Source: Verrucomicrobiia bacterium
GTDB taxonomy: Bacteria; Acidobacteriota; Terriglobia; Terriglobales; Acidobacteriaceae
Assembly (NCBI GenBank): GCA_035482295.1
Contig: DATHQX010000222.1
Coordinates: 24,911 to 88,910 of the forward strand
Direction of reading: 5' to 3'
DNA length: 64,000 bases
Positions 8,565 through 18,607 of the stretch are shown here, one piece after another. The position numbers and the translations under genes are program-made. Below the pieces are notes generated by a model. That model saw only the letters and a list, made by a program, of their open reading frames with translations. It was not told where the DNA came from and ran no database searches. Every line of letters starts with the position of its first letter. Positions within the stretch are counted from its first letter, which is position 1.

Positions 8565-11506
8565 AACGAGAACAGCATCTGCAGATCGATACGGCGCACG
8601 GCGGATCCTGACGAAAATGGCGCCCCGGCCAATGAAGTGGAGGTGCCGAAAAACGATGAGTCGAGATTCCCAACCGGAGGCCCGTAGTTCACATTGTTAA
8701 ACAGGTTGCGAGCGCTGACGCTGAAGGTCAGGTTGTATTTGTGGTTCGTTTCGCCGCTGAAGATAAACGGACCCCCACCGCCGCCGCCGCTCAAACCTCG
8801 GCCGCCAAGACCACCACCGCGTGAACCTCCACCACGAGGACCGCCGGCTGACGCAGGACCTTCCAGCTTCGGACCGATCCCGAAAGTCTTGCTGAGTCGC
8901 AGATTGAACGAGAACAGGGCGGGCCCAGTTCCGGAATTAATGGGCACGATCGGCTGGCCGGCAATCGGGACAGTATTGAATGTGCCGTACGGCGTCACGA
9001 TAACTTGGCCGCCGGGACCTGCAGTGGTGCCTAGCGCAGGGCGATCGTTGAAGATCGAGTCCCCATTCAAATCCTGACCAACGATGATGTCGAAGGGTGA
9101 GCCAGAGTCAGCAATAATAAAGGGGCTTAGACGGAAAGCGTACGGCAATGAAATCGTGCCACCCAGAAACAGTCGGTTGCGAACATCAAACGCCGCCCGC
9201 CCATAATCCTGCATGGGATCGTAAGAGTTCATCACGAACTGCGGAGAACTGGTGCCTCCGCCAAATGCACCGCCGAAGCCCTCACCCCCGGCTGAAGAGC
9301 CAATGGATATTGGGCCTCCGGATCCCAGATCGCTGTTTGCGTAATTCAGCGAATAGAAGCCAAACAACGAGAGCTTTTGTCCCACGCTGACGCGGAAGTT
9401 GGCGATGAGCTGGTTTTGCTCGAATTCTCCGCCGGAATTGTACTGATAAATGTTCGTATTGTTACCATCCGGCCGGATGCCGCTGGTGGGATCGGCAGGA
9501 TTGTAGGTGCCGGGCAGCGGCGCGTTGGCGTTGCGCAGAAAGAGCTGATGCACGCCGCGTGAGTTCAAATACGTGAGTGATATGGTGGCGTTCTTCGTCA
9601 CTTGCCGTTCGAGGCTCACCGCCGACTCCATCGTGTAGGGTACGTGAAGATTACTTTGTACCTGGTAGGTCGTCGGCGAAGTCGTCGAGAGCTGCTGCAA
9701 TTGTGAGGGACTCGGAATCAGCGGGAAGAAGTTGGGATTCGCGACAACATACTGCTGCTGCGTCAAGCCGTTGTAACGGTCGGCCTGTAGCAGGTAGTCA
9801 TAAGAGAAGCGGTCGTAGAATATGCCGAAGCCGCCGCGTATCACCGTCTTCGGCTGTTTGGAATGACCCAGGCCCCAGGCGAGGCTCACACGCGGCGCAA
9901 GGTTTCCCTCGTAGGGAATGCCCGTTTGTGTCTCGTATCGCAATCCATAACTGAGCGAGATGTTCGGCTTGATTCGCCATTCATCTTCGGCATACAGGCC
10001 AATATCAATCATCGACACATCAGAGAGCGGCTGACCCGCTACAAGCGAAAACTGGCTGGCGCCGCCGCCGAGGGCACGAATTTCCGCCGGCGTTAGTCCT
10101 TCGGCAATGCCGTTTTCGGTGATCTGATACGCATTCAGTGAAGAAAAATTGTAGCTGCCGTTGAAGCCGGAATTCTGGGTGCTGGAATAAACTGTGCCGC
10201 GCAGCCGCCCACCAAACTTAATGAAGTGTGTTCCGTGCGATATCGAGGTGTAGTTCTGCAGCTCATAGTGATCTTGGTTGCCGATAACGATACCCTGTGA
10301 GCTGCCGCCGCCGGTGAAGGCTCCCTGAACTACCAGCGTAGGGTCAAGGCTTAGAGGCGTCTGGCTGTCGCTGTCGCGGATGTACTGGAATCGCGTCTCA
10401 TTGACGATGTTGGGACTGATGACCTGGGTGTCGCTAATCTGCACCGTTTGCTCTGTGCTGTGGGAGTTGTAGCCGGTTGTGGGCAGCGAGAATTGCCCGA
10501 TCCCAGCATTGTCCTGCGTGTTCTTCACATATTGATAGCGAATCGTCAATGTGTTGTTCTTTGATAACTGAAAATCCGCGCGCGGGCTGATGTTGAGTCG
10601 CGTCGACGGATTTGGCACGTTGGCCGAGAAGGGCGTGATTACGTTGCCCGGTCCCAGTACGTTTGCCACTACGACATTGACGTTGTCGATGTCGCGTTGT
10701 TGCACCGTGAAGAAGAAGGATGCGTTCTTGCTGATGGGCCCACTGAGATTGCCATTGAAAATTTCCGAGTAGTATCCCGGCGACTCGCTGACAAACGGAT
10801 TTTGGGTGTTGAAGGCTGACGAGTTCCCATTCATCATCAACTGGCCGTGATATTTATCGGTTCCCGGCTTGGTGAAAATCTCGATGCGGCCGTATCCCAA
10901 TTTGTCGTACTCAGCGGAGAAAGGATTCTGGTTGATTCGGATTTCGCGAATAGCCGACTTGGGCGGAAGCTGCCCGGCGGTAAATCCGTCTACATAGATC
11001 TGACCGCCGTTGGGACCAGCCGAAGGCCCGGCGAGCGCCTGTAGCTCTGAAGAAAGCTCGTCGGGATCGTCCGACAATGCATCCAGATCTTTTCCCTTGA
11101 GCACGAGCGTACTAGCGCTGTTTTCCGGGCTGACGCTGACGGTCGGGGCTTCTTCCTGCACCTCGATATGCTGCTGCTCAACTTGGATCTGGAGCGCAAC
11201 GTCGAGTTCCTGCGTCTGACCGGAGGTGACGTTCACCGCAGCTTCCTGATCAACGGCGAAGCCCTTCGCTTCGATGGTTACGTTGTAGGCGCCGGGCGCC
11301 AGACGCGTGAACTGAAAGTTGCCCTGATGGTCGGTTGCCACGACGGCCGATTTGCCGTCAGCACCAGTGACCGTAACCTTCGCCTGAGGGACCACGGCTC
11401 CCGAAGGGTCGGTGACCCGGCCGCGCAGCGTTCCCGACGAACTTTGCGCTATAGCCGGAACAGCAACACAGGAAAACAAGAAAAGAACGAGTGCATACAA
11501 ACGCAT
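8561..11506 (-). CDS. TonB-dependent receptor-like outer-membrane protein with an N-terminal CarboxypepD_reg domain
   Basis: Signal peptide; GTLRGRVTDPSGAVVPQAKVTVTG...GAYNVTIEAKGF (CarboxypepD_reg); a long beta-barrel-like alternating sequence; terminal Phe (...LQMLFSF). Confidence 0.85.
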   Translation of the reverse strand: MRLYALVLFLFSCVAVPAIAQSSSGTLRGRVTDPSGAVVPQAKVTVTGADGKSAVVATDHQGNFQFTRLAPGAYNVTIEAKGFAVDQEAAVNVTSGQTQELDVALQIQVEQQHIEVQEEAPTVSVSPENSASTLVLKGKDLDALSDDPDELSSELQALAGPSAGPNGGQIYVDGFTAGQLPPKSAIREIRINQNPFSAEYDKLGYGRIEIFTKPGTDKYHGQLMMNGNSSAFNTQNPFVSESPGYYSEIFNGNLSGPISKNASFFFTVQQRDIDNVNVVVANVLGPGNVITPFSANVPNPSTRLNISPRADFQLSKNNTLTIRYQYVKNTQDNAGIGQFSLPTTGYNSHSTEQTVQISDTQVISPNIVNETRFQYIRDSDSQTPLSLDPTLVVQGAFTGGGSSQGIVIGNQDHYELQNYTSISHGTHFIKFGGRLRGTVYSSTQNSGFNGSYNFSSLNAYQITENGIAEGLTPAEIRALGGGASQFSLVAGQPLSDVSMIDIGLYAEDEWRIKPNISLSYGLRYETQTGIPYEGNLAPRVSLAWGLGHSKQPKTVIRGGFGIFYDRFSYDYLLQADRYNGLTQQQYVVANPNFFPLIPSPSQLQQLSTTSPTTYQVQSNLHVPYTMESAVSLERQVTKNATISLTYLNSRGVHQLFLRNANAPLPGTYNPADPTSGIRPDGNNTNIYQYNSGGEFEQNQLIANFRVSVGQKLSLFGFYSLNYANSDLGSGGPISIGSSAGGEGFGGAFGGGTSSPQFVMNSYDPMQDYGRAAFDVRNRLFLGGTISLPYAFRLSPFIIADSGSPFDIIVGQDLNGDSIFNDRPALGTTAGPGGQVIVTPYGTFNTVPIAGQPIVPINSGTGPALFSFNLRLSKTFGIGPKLEGPASAGGPRGGGSRGGGLGGRGLSGGGGGGPFIFSGETNHKYNLTFSVSARNLFNNVNYGPPVGNLDSSFFGTSTSLAGAPFSSGSAVRRIDLQMLFSF

Positions 11507-11556
11507 TGAGTAAATCGAACCCTTTACGAGACGTAGTAATCCCTACGAGTATTCCC

Positions 11557-12786
11557 TCAGGGAGCGTCTCCCGTTCCAGCATTTCCACCGGTAGAAAGAT
11601 TCCAGGGAGACAAAATCGTACTGGCCTGCCGCGGAGAAGCGGCGGTAAGGATAGGCTCGACACCGCTCAGCAGAATAATCACCTGTGACGGCGAATCGGC
11701 CGAGCCCTCGGTAGCCACAATCATCAGAGCGCTTCCCTTTTGCAGGTCGCCGATTGAAACACTCGGCATGCGGCTGAGCATCTGCTGAAAGTCAGGCGTG
11801 CCACCGCCTGGCCGCCCGCCCGCGCCCGCACCGCCTTGCGTCGCTCCCTGACTGGTCTGAGGACGCTGCGGCGTCGCGGAGCCTCCCGCAGCACCAGCAC
11901 CTGTCGCTCCTTCTGAACCGCCCTTTAAGCGCATCGCGATCCGCTGCGCAGCCATCGCGGGCAACTGATGCATTTGCGACTCGGGCGTAATCTTCAGCGT
12001 CACAGGGCGCTTAGTTACAAGATCGGTAATCGTAATCGTGTTGTTAGCGGCATCGGCGGAGTTGAAGGTCGCAGCAATGCTACGGAATGTACCCGAGACA
12101 ACTTCTGCCGCACCCAGTTCCTTTCCGTCGTCACTCTTGGTGCCGCGAGCGCGCAGTTGGTCGCCAGCCTTGATTTGATCAAGCGTGCCTGGCTTGGCAT
12201 CGTCGAACTTAATGGAGTTGGGCGCGTACCGACGAATGATGGTCTCTTTGGAAACGTGAACTGCAAGGGTGTTGGCGGCGAGTGTCCCGGTCGACAGCGT
12301 GATCGTCCCATTCGTGGCGTCAACCGATTTCACCACTCCGGCAACACCGTTCTTCTGCCACTCTTCGCGATCATGCTGCTGTTTTTCGGCGACGTCAGCC
12401 TTCTTCATGACAACTGCCGTCGTTGCCGCGATCGATTTGCCGTCGTCCGACGGCGCTCCGCCTACCAACATGCGATCGCCAACCTGAACGTCATTCAACT
12501 GAATCGCCGGTGCGGTCTTCAGGTCCGTTTGCCCGGGCCCCATCCGTACGAGCCTGGTATTCGGCTGGATGGAGACGGCGACTTCCGCCCCGGTGTCGGT
12601 CTGCAACGTAATCGTGTTGCCCGTGACCGACTTCACGGCGCCAACGGCTCGCGCCTTCTTAGTTGCGGTCGCTTGCTGTCCAGAGTCAGCCTGTTGAGCG
12701 GCCCAGCCGCGAGGAACGATCCCGCCAACGGCACCCGAAAGAATGGCTATGACTACCGCACTTCGAAATGGCAAAATAAGTCGCAT
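11557..12786 (-). CDS. Secreted repeat protein (DUF5666-like modules)
   Basis: Signal peptide. About 4 repeats of the type V(K/T)SV..(T/N)NTITL.T..G...V.V...T.I, plus a Gly/Ala-rich linker GATGAGAAGGSATPQRPQTSQGATQGGAGAGGRPGGG. Lies immediately upstream of the TonB-dependent receptor gene on the same strand. Confidence 0.55.
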   Translation of the reverse strand: MRLILPFRSAVVIAILSGAVGGIVPRGWAAQQADSGQQATATKKARAVGAVKSVTGNTITLQTDTGAEVAVSIQPNTRLVRMGPGQTDLKTAPAIQLNDVQVGDRMLVGGAPSDDGKSIAATTAVVMKKADVAEKQQHDREEWQKNGVAGVVKSVDATNGTITLSTGTLAANTLAVHVSKETIIRRYAPNSIKFDDAKPGTLDQIKAGDQLRARGTKSDDGKELGAAEVVSGTFRSIAATFNSADAANNTITITDLVTKRPVTLKITPESQMHQLPAMAAQRIAMRLKGGSEGATGAGAAGGSATPQRPQTSQGATQGGAGAGGRPGGGTPDFQQMLSRMPSVSIGDLQKGSALMIVATEGSADSPSQVIILLSGVEPILTAASPRQASTILSPWNLSTGGNAGTGDAP

Positions 12787-12952
12787 TTCAAACCAACTAC
12801 TACGAAAGCATATCGCCGCGCCAGTTTTTGTTAAGAAAACATAAGTTTTGTAAATGCTTGGTGCGAGGCAGCTCGGGAACAGGCACCTTGCGTTATCGTT
12901 TGCGGATGGAACCCGCTCGCCAGGCTTTGCGTATTAGTGATCAGGTACATCG

Positions 12953-13837
12953 ATGGAACTGAAAATTGAAGCTCTCTCCAAGCGCTATCCCAACGGGACG
13001 CAGGCGTTACAGGACGTCTCACTCTCCATCCCTCAAGGCATGTTCGGCTTGCTTGGGCCTAATGGCGCCGGCAAGTCCACACTGATGCGCACCCTGGCGA
13101 CGCTGCAGGAAGCCGATAGCGGTAGCGCGCGCATGGACGGCATCGACGTGCTGAAGCAGAAAGACGAAGTGCGCAAGATGCTGGGCTATCTGCCACAGGA
13201 GTTCGGACTCTATCCGAAGGTTCCGGCCGAAGCCTTGCTCTCGCACTTTGCCGCATTGAAGGGGATCGAGAATCCGAAGGAACGGCGTGAGGTGGTGCAC
13301 GCCCTTCTCCGTCAGACCAACCTTTGGGATCACCGTCACAAACCGTTGGGCAGCTTTTCCGGCGGAATGAAGCAGCGCTTCGGCATTGCCCAAGCCCTTC
13401 TGGGGAATCCTCGTCTCATCATCGTCGATGAGCCGACCGCTGGCCTCGATCCGGAAGAGCGAGTTCGCTTTCACAATCTGCTGAGCGCCATCGGCGAGAA
13501 CATCATCGTGATTCTCTCCACGCATATCGTTTCCGATGTCAGCGACCTCTGCCGCAACATGGCCATCATCCACCAGGGTCGGGTGCGTGCTGCGGGAGAT
13601 CCGACGGCGCTAGTGCAGACCCTTACCGGATCCGTTTGGAAGAAGGCTATCGACCGCGCGCAACTTGCCGATTACCAGCAACGGTTCAAGGTCATCTCCA
13701 TGCGACTGGTAGCCGGAAAGACGCTGCTCCACGTTCACCAGAGTGAACCGCCGGAGTCGGGCTTCGAACCGGTAGTTCCGGATCTCGAAGACCTCTACTT
13801 CGCCACCATCCGAGGCATCCACGGAGCGGCCAACTAA
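12953..13837 (+). CDS. ABC transporter ATP-binding protein
   Basis: Walker A GPNGAGKST, signature FSGGMKQRF, Walker B LIIVDEPTAGLD, H-loop STHIV. Confidence 0.95.
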   Translation: MELKIEALSKRYPNGTQALQDVSLSIPQGMFGLLGPNGAGKSTLMRTLATLQEADSGSARMDGIDVLKQKDEVRKMLGYLPQEFGLYPKVPAEALLSHFAALKGIENPKERREVVHALLRQTNLWDHRHKPLGSFSGGMKQRFGIAQALLGNPRLIIVDEPTAGLDPEERVRFHNLLSAIGENIIVILSTHIVSDVSDLCRNMAIIHQGRVRAAGDPTALVQTLTGSVWKKAIDRAQLADYQQRFKVISMRLVAGKTLLHVHQSEPPESGFEPVVPDLEDLYFATIRGIHGAAN

Positions 13838-13839
13838 CC

Positions 13840-16800
13840 ATGCTGGCCAACATCTTTCTCTTCGAAATTCAGCAGCGACTGCGCCGGCTGTCGACGTATG
13901 TCTACTTCGTAGTTTTCTTCGCGCTGGGCTTGCTATTTGTGCTGATGTCGGGCGGCGCTTTCGCGAATGCCAGCGTTGACTTCGGCACCGGCGGTAAGGT
14001 CCTGATCACCTCTCCCTACGCTCTGAACGGGGTGATCACGTTCATCTGCTTCTTCGGCATCGTCATCACTGCGGCGATCGCCGGACAGGCGACCTATCAG
14101 GATATCGACAGTAACAGCGCGGTCTTCTTCTACACCGCGCCTATCACCAAGTTTGACTACCTGGGCGGACGCTTTCTCGCTGCCTTCGCCATTCAGGTCT
14201 TGATCTTCAGCAGCGTTGGCCTGGGAGCGTGGATTGGCACGCTTACTCCGTGGCTCGACAAAACTCGCGTCGGCCCGCAGATGGTGGGAGCGTACTTTCA
14301 GCCCTACTTCATCAACGTGCTGCCCAACCTGCTGTTCCTGACTGCGATTTTCTTCGCACTCTCGACGCTTTCGCGCAAGATGCTGCCCGTCTACGTGGCC
14401 AGCGTTCTGGTGCTGATCGGATACTTTACCGTCGGCCAGCTGAACAATACGACGCTGACTGCAAGTGTGCGCGCTGCTTTGGCCGACCCTCTGGGCGGCG
14501 CGGCCATCGATCGAATCACCCGTTACTGGACGCCCTTTCAGCGCAACACTCAGCTCATACCCCTCGAAGGAATTATCTTCGCGAATCGCGCACTATGGCT
14601 CGGATTGGGCGCTATCTTTCTGATTTTCGCCTACGTCAAGTTTGAGTTCGCTTATCCGGCCGAGAAGAGCAAGCGGCGCGTGGCGGTCGATGAGAAAGAA
14701 GAGGTTTCGGCCGCGCAGACGTTGCCCATTGCGCATCCGACCTTTTCTGCATCAGCCTCGTTTCAGCACCTGATTGCACTCACTCGTATTCACTTCCGTG
14801 AAACTACCAAAAACATATTCTTCCTCGTTTTGATGCTGGCGGGCTTTCTTTTTGCGGCTTTAACAGCGTCGGGAATCACTAATCCGCAAGCGACGCGCAC
14901 CTACCCTGTCACCTACCAGATGCTGGAGTTCGCCAGCGCCGGCTTTTCGATCTTTGCGATCGCCATCATCATTTTCTATTCGGGCGAGCTGGTTTGGCGT
15001 GAACGCGATGCGCAGCTCAGTCAGGTTATCGACGCTTTCCCCTTACAGCGATGGGTCCTGTTCTGCTCGAAGCTGCTGGCGCTGATGCTGGTGCAGGTTC
15101 TGGTTGTGCTGCTGATTTTCGCCTCGGGCTTGACGGTGCAGGTCGCACAAGGCTTTTACCACTTCCAGTTCGGCTTGTATTTCCGTGAACTATTCCTCGA
15201 CCGGCTAACCTCGCTGTGGATCCTGTGCGTGCTGGCGATATTCATTCAGACCATCGTCAACAACAAATATCTCGGCCACTTCGTGATGGTGCTTTATATT
15301 GTCGCTACCATCGCGTTGCCACCGGCGGGATTCCAGAATTATCTTTACCGCTTTGGTGAAGCTCCACAGGTAACCTACTCCGACATCAACAGGTACGGAC
15401 CATTCCTCCAACCCCTGATCTGGTTCAGGATCTACTGGATCTTCGGCGCTATCCTGCTGGCAATCCTGACCAATCTGCTTTGGGTTCGCGGTACCGAAAG
15501 CAGCTTTCGCGTCCGCATGAGCCAGGCTGCCACACGATTCTCGGGCGCATCGATGGCCGGTGTTTTCGTCTGCCTCATCGCCATGGCGGGAGTTGGCGGC
15601 TACATCTTTTACAACACGCATGTCCTGAATCACTACCAGACAACTTTCCAGATCGATGAAGCCAGAGCTCAGTACGAAAAGAAGTACAAGCAATACTGGG
15701 AGTTACCACAACCCCGCATTACCGATGTGAAAACTGAAGTTGATTTCTATCCAGAGCGGCGCGCGTTTTCCATGCGCGGCACGATGTGGCTGGAGAACAA
15801 AACCTCCACTCCTATCGATCAGGTGGCCATCACCCTCTGGCCGGTGGACTTGATCCCGCTGCCCCGGTTGCACATGCAGGTCAACAAGCTCAATTTCGTC
15901 GGCGGCCAGACGCCCATCATAGAAGACGCGGCGTTGGGTTTTTACCAGTACAAGTTGCCCAACGCACTGCCACCCAACGGTCGTATTCAGCTTGATTATG
16001 ATCTGCAATACGACAATCCCGGCTTTCAGAACGATGCCCCAAACACCGACATCGTGGAGAACGGAAGCTTCATCAACGATCGCTATGGCCCCTACATCGG
16101 CTATGCGCAGGAAGTCGAGCTAACCGACGACAGTACCCGGCATCGTCATGGTCTGGCTACGGCGCGGCGGATGCCGAAGTTGGAAGACGTAGCGGCCCGA
16201 GAATATAACAGCGTCGCATTTGATGCTGACTGGATCAATTTTGAAGCCACCGTCAGCACCAGTCCGGACCAGATCGCCATCGCTCCCGGATACCTGCAGA
16301 AGGAGTGGATGGAGAACGGCCGTCGCTACTTTCAATACAAAATGGACGCGCCTATCCTGAATATCTATTCCTTCCAGTCGGCACGTTACGCGGTGCGACG
16401 GGATCACTGGAACAACGTCAATCTCGAGATCTACTATCAGCCGGGACACGAGTTCGACATCGACACCATGATGGAGAGCATGAAGGAAACACTGGCCTAC
16501 TGCAGCGAGAACTTCAGCCCCTTCCAATTCCATCAGCTGCGCATCATCGAATTTCCTCGCTACGGTACCTTTGCCGAGTCGTTCGCGAATACCGTTCCCT
16601 TCTCTGAATCCATTGGCTTCCTGACGAAGATGAGCGACAAGCCGGATTCAGTCGTCCTTCCCTTCTACGTGACCGCGCATGAAACCGGCCACCAGTGGTG
16701 GGCACACCAGGTTATTTCGGCTTACGTTGAGGGCGACACCTCCATCGACGAGACTATGGCCCAATACACGGCGCTGATGGTGATGAAGCATCACTACGGG

Positions 16801-17448
16801 CCCGAATCGATGAAGCGCTTCCTGCGCTTTGAACTCGATCAGTATCTTCGCGGACGCGCCAATGAGCGCAACGAAGAAAATCCACTTTACAAGGTCGACC
16901 AGAACCAGGGGTACGTTCACTACCGCAAAGGCTCGATGGCGATGTACGCGCTGCAGGATTACATCGGGGAAGACAAAGTCAATGAAGCCATCCGCGGCTT
17001 TCTGAAGCAATACGCGTTCAAAGGTCCGCCGTATCCGACTTCATTGGATCTGGAGGGCTACTTCCAGAAGGTCACTCCTCCGCAATATCAGTATTTGCTT
17101 GAGGATCTTTTCCGAACCATCACGCTTTACGACAATCGTGCGCTTGCGGCCAGTTACCAGCAGCTTCCCGACGGCAAGTATCAGGTGAGTCTGACGGTCG
17201 AGGCCAAGAAATTCCGCGCCGACGGCAAGGGGCAGGAGCATTCCATTCCGGTTAACGACTGGATGGATATCGGTGTACTCGATGCCGACGGGCAATATCT
17301 CTATCTCCAGAAACAGAAGATCGATCAGGAGAAGACCGACGTGACCATCACGGTCGACAAAAAGCCCGTGCAGGCAGGAATCGATCCGCTGGACAAGTTG
17401 ATCGATCGTAATCCCGACGACAACGTGATGGCCGTCGCGAAGAAGTAG
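13840..17448 (+). CDS. Fusion protein: ABC-2-type permease (N-terminal, about 590 aa, multi-TM) fused to an M1-family zinc metallopeptidase domain
   Basis: The N-terminal half is strongly hydrophobic with multiple TM segments. The C-terminal half carries the gluzincin motif VTAHETGHQWWAHQV...SIDETMAQY (HExxH at 16678-16692 plus a distal Glu). Starts 3 nt after the ABC ATPase stop. Confidence 0.85.
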   Translation: MLANIFLFEIQQRLRRLSTYVYFVVFFALGLLFVLMSGGAFANASVDFGTGGKVLITSPYALNGVITFICFFGIVITAAIAGQATYQDIDSNSAVFFYTAPITKFDYLGGRFLAAFAIQVLIFSSVGLGAWIGTLTPWLDKTRVGPQMVGAYFQPYFINVLPNLLFLTAIFFALSTLSRKMLPVYVASVLVLIGYFTVGQLNNTTLTASVRAALADPLGGAAIDRITRYWTPFQRNTQLIPLEGIIFANRALWLGLGAIFLIFAYVKFEFAYPAEKSKRRVAVDEKEEVSAAQTLPIAHPTFSASASFQHLIALTRIHFRETTKNIFFLVLMLAGFLFAALTASGITNPQATRTYPVTYQMLEFASAGFSIFAIAIIIFYSGELVWRERDAQLSQVIDAFPLQRWVLFCSKLLALMLVQVLVVLLIFASGLTVQVAQGFYHFQFGLYFRELFLDRLTSLWILCVLAIFIQTIVNNKYLGHFVMVLYIVATIALPPAGFQNYLYRFGEAPQVTYSDINRYGPFLQPLIWFRIYWIFGAILLAILTNLLWVRGTESSFRVRMSQAATRFSGASMAGVFVCLIAMAGVGGYIFYNTHVLNHYQTTFQIDEARAQYEKKYKQYWELPQPRITDVKTEVDFYPERRAFSMRGTMWLENKTSTPIDQVAITLWPVDLIPLPRLHMQVNKLNFVGGQTPIIEDAALGFYQYKLPNALPPNGRIQLDYDLQYDNPGFQNDAPNTDIVENGSFINDRYGPYIGYAQEVELTDDSTRHRHGLATARRMPKLEDVAAREYNSVAFDADWINFEATVSTSPDQIAIAPGYLQKEWMENGRRYFQYKMDAPILNIYSFQSARYAVRRDHWNNVNLEIYYQPGHEFDIDTMMESMKETLAYCSENFSPFQFHQLRIIEFPRYGTFAESFANTVPFSESIGFLTKMSDKPDSVVLPFYVTAHETGHQWWAHQVISAYVEGDTSIDETMAQYTALMVMKHHYGPESMKRFLRFELDQYLRGRANERNEENPLYKVDQNQGYVHYRKGSMAMYALQDYIGEDKVNEAIRGFLKQYAFKGPPYPTSLDLEGYFQKVTPPQYQYLLEDLFRTITLYDNRALAASYQQLPDGKYQVSLTVEAKKFRADGKGQEHSIPVNDWMDIGVLDADGQYLYLQKQKIDQEKTDVTITVDKKPVQAGIDPLDKLIDRNPDDNVMAVAKK

Positions 17449-17497
17449 GCCGGATGCTTTGGCGTTGCATTCAGAGTATTCTCAGATGCTCGCGATC

Positions 17498-17956
17498 ATG
17501 AAACCTCAAACAACGCCGATGAGACACCTGGGCATCGTAACCCTCTTCTTTGCTGTTTCCTTGCCGCTGTTTTCGCAGGACACGGAGCAGTTCAAGGCCT
17601 GCAATGCCAAGGCGCAGACGCAGACAGACATGAACGCCTGTGCCGGCGCGGAAGCTAACCGCATAGATGCGAAATTGAATGCGTTGTATCGGCAGCTCCT
17701 CTCCAAAGCGGCTGGCGAACAAAATGCCGTCGCCAAAATCAAGGCTTCGGAGCGTGCCTGGATCGCTTATCGCGACGCCTATATCGATGCCACGTATCCG
17801 GCAACCGATAAGCAGTCGGGATACGGCTCCATGTACGGAATGGACGTCGCCCTGCTCCGCGCTAAGCTCACTCAACAGCACCTCGCTGACATGCAGGAGT
17901 TGCTGAAGCAATACAGTGGCGACTCAGGAGCAGGCCCAGCCAATCCGCAGAAATAG
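17498..17956 (+). CDS. DUF1311 / LprI-like (lysozyme-inhibitor-like) secreted protein
   Basis: Signal peptide MKPQTTPMRHLGIVTLFFAVSLPLFSQ; the pattern C..........MN.C...E....D..LN..Y..L........SERAWI.YRD matches the DUF1311 hallmark. Confidence 0.7.
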   Translation: MKPQTTPMRHLGIVTLFFAVSLPLFSQDTEQFKACNAKAQTQTDMNACAGAEANRIDAKLNALYRQLLSKAAGEQNAVAKIKASERAWIAYRDAYIDATYPATDKQSGYGSMYGMDVALLRAKLTQQHLADMQELLKQYSGDSGAGPANPQK

Positions 17957-17967
17957 CGGCGCTCGCT

Positions 17968-18438
17968 TTACTTGCCCATCTGCTGAGATAGATAGGCGCC
18001 AATCCCCATTTCCTTTATTGCGTGCAGCTGCGCTTCAAGAAAATCGGCGTGCTTCTCTTCGTCGGCCAGCAGCGCTTCAAACAGGTCCTTGCTGCCCGCG
18101 TCGCCTTCTTTCGCACATAATGCGACGTCTTGGTTGTACTCGCGAATGGCGCCATCTTCGGAGGCCAAGTCTGCTTCTAACTGCTTCTGGACTGTGTCTC
18201 CAACTTCGGGTGCGAGAGGGACGCTCACATTCGGTGTACCGTCCAAGAAGATGATGCGCTCGATCAGCCGCTCTGCATGATGCATCTCTGTCATGGCGCG
18301 CGCTTTAGTAAAGCCGGCCAGGCGACCATAGCCCCAGTTCTCGCAAATCTCCGCCTGCACCATGTATTGCACGATGGCCGTCAGCTCGTCGTGTAGCGCC
18401 TTGTTCAGCGCGCCGATCACTTTCTCATTACCCTTCAT
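17968..18438 (-). CDS. bfr: Bacterioferritin
   Basis: MKGNEKVIGALNKALHDELTAIVQYMVQAEICENWGY...AMTEMHHAERLIERIIFLDG is classic Bfr, with ferroxidase-centre E/H residues and a candidate heme-ligand Met. GAGGAG lies 7 nt upstream of the ATG. Confidence 0.95.
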   Translation of the reverse strand: MKGNEKVIGALNKALHDELTAIVQYMVQAEICENWGYGRLAGFTKARAMTEMHHAERLIERIIFLDGTPNVSVPLAPEVGDTVQKQLEADLASEDGAIREYNQDVALCAKEGDAGSKDLFEALLADEEKHADFLEAQLHAIKEMGIGAYLSQQMGK

Positions 18439-18484
18439 TGATGGCTCCTCACTCCTACCATCAAGGATGACCCGCAGGTAATTC

Positions 18485-18500
18485 AGTGAGATAGATCACA
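18485..18500. promoter_or_regulatory. CRP/FNR-type palindrome aGTGA-N6-TCACA in the bfr / aldo-keto reductase divergent region
   Basis: AGTGAGATAGATCACA; the half-sites GTGA/TCAC are perfectly inverted. Lies 47 nt upstream of the bfr ATG and 108 nt upstream of the AKR ATG. Confidence 0.3.
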
Positions 18501-18607
18501 AATGGAGGCGACATGAGAAAAGGCCGCAAATATTTGAGCCGCCCGAATCCATTATGCGGTGTCCCTCATCAATTGCAGCCATAGCGTTTCCTGCAAGGAG
18601 AAATCAT

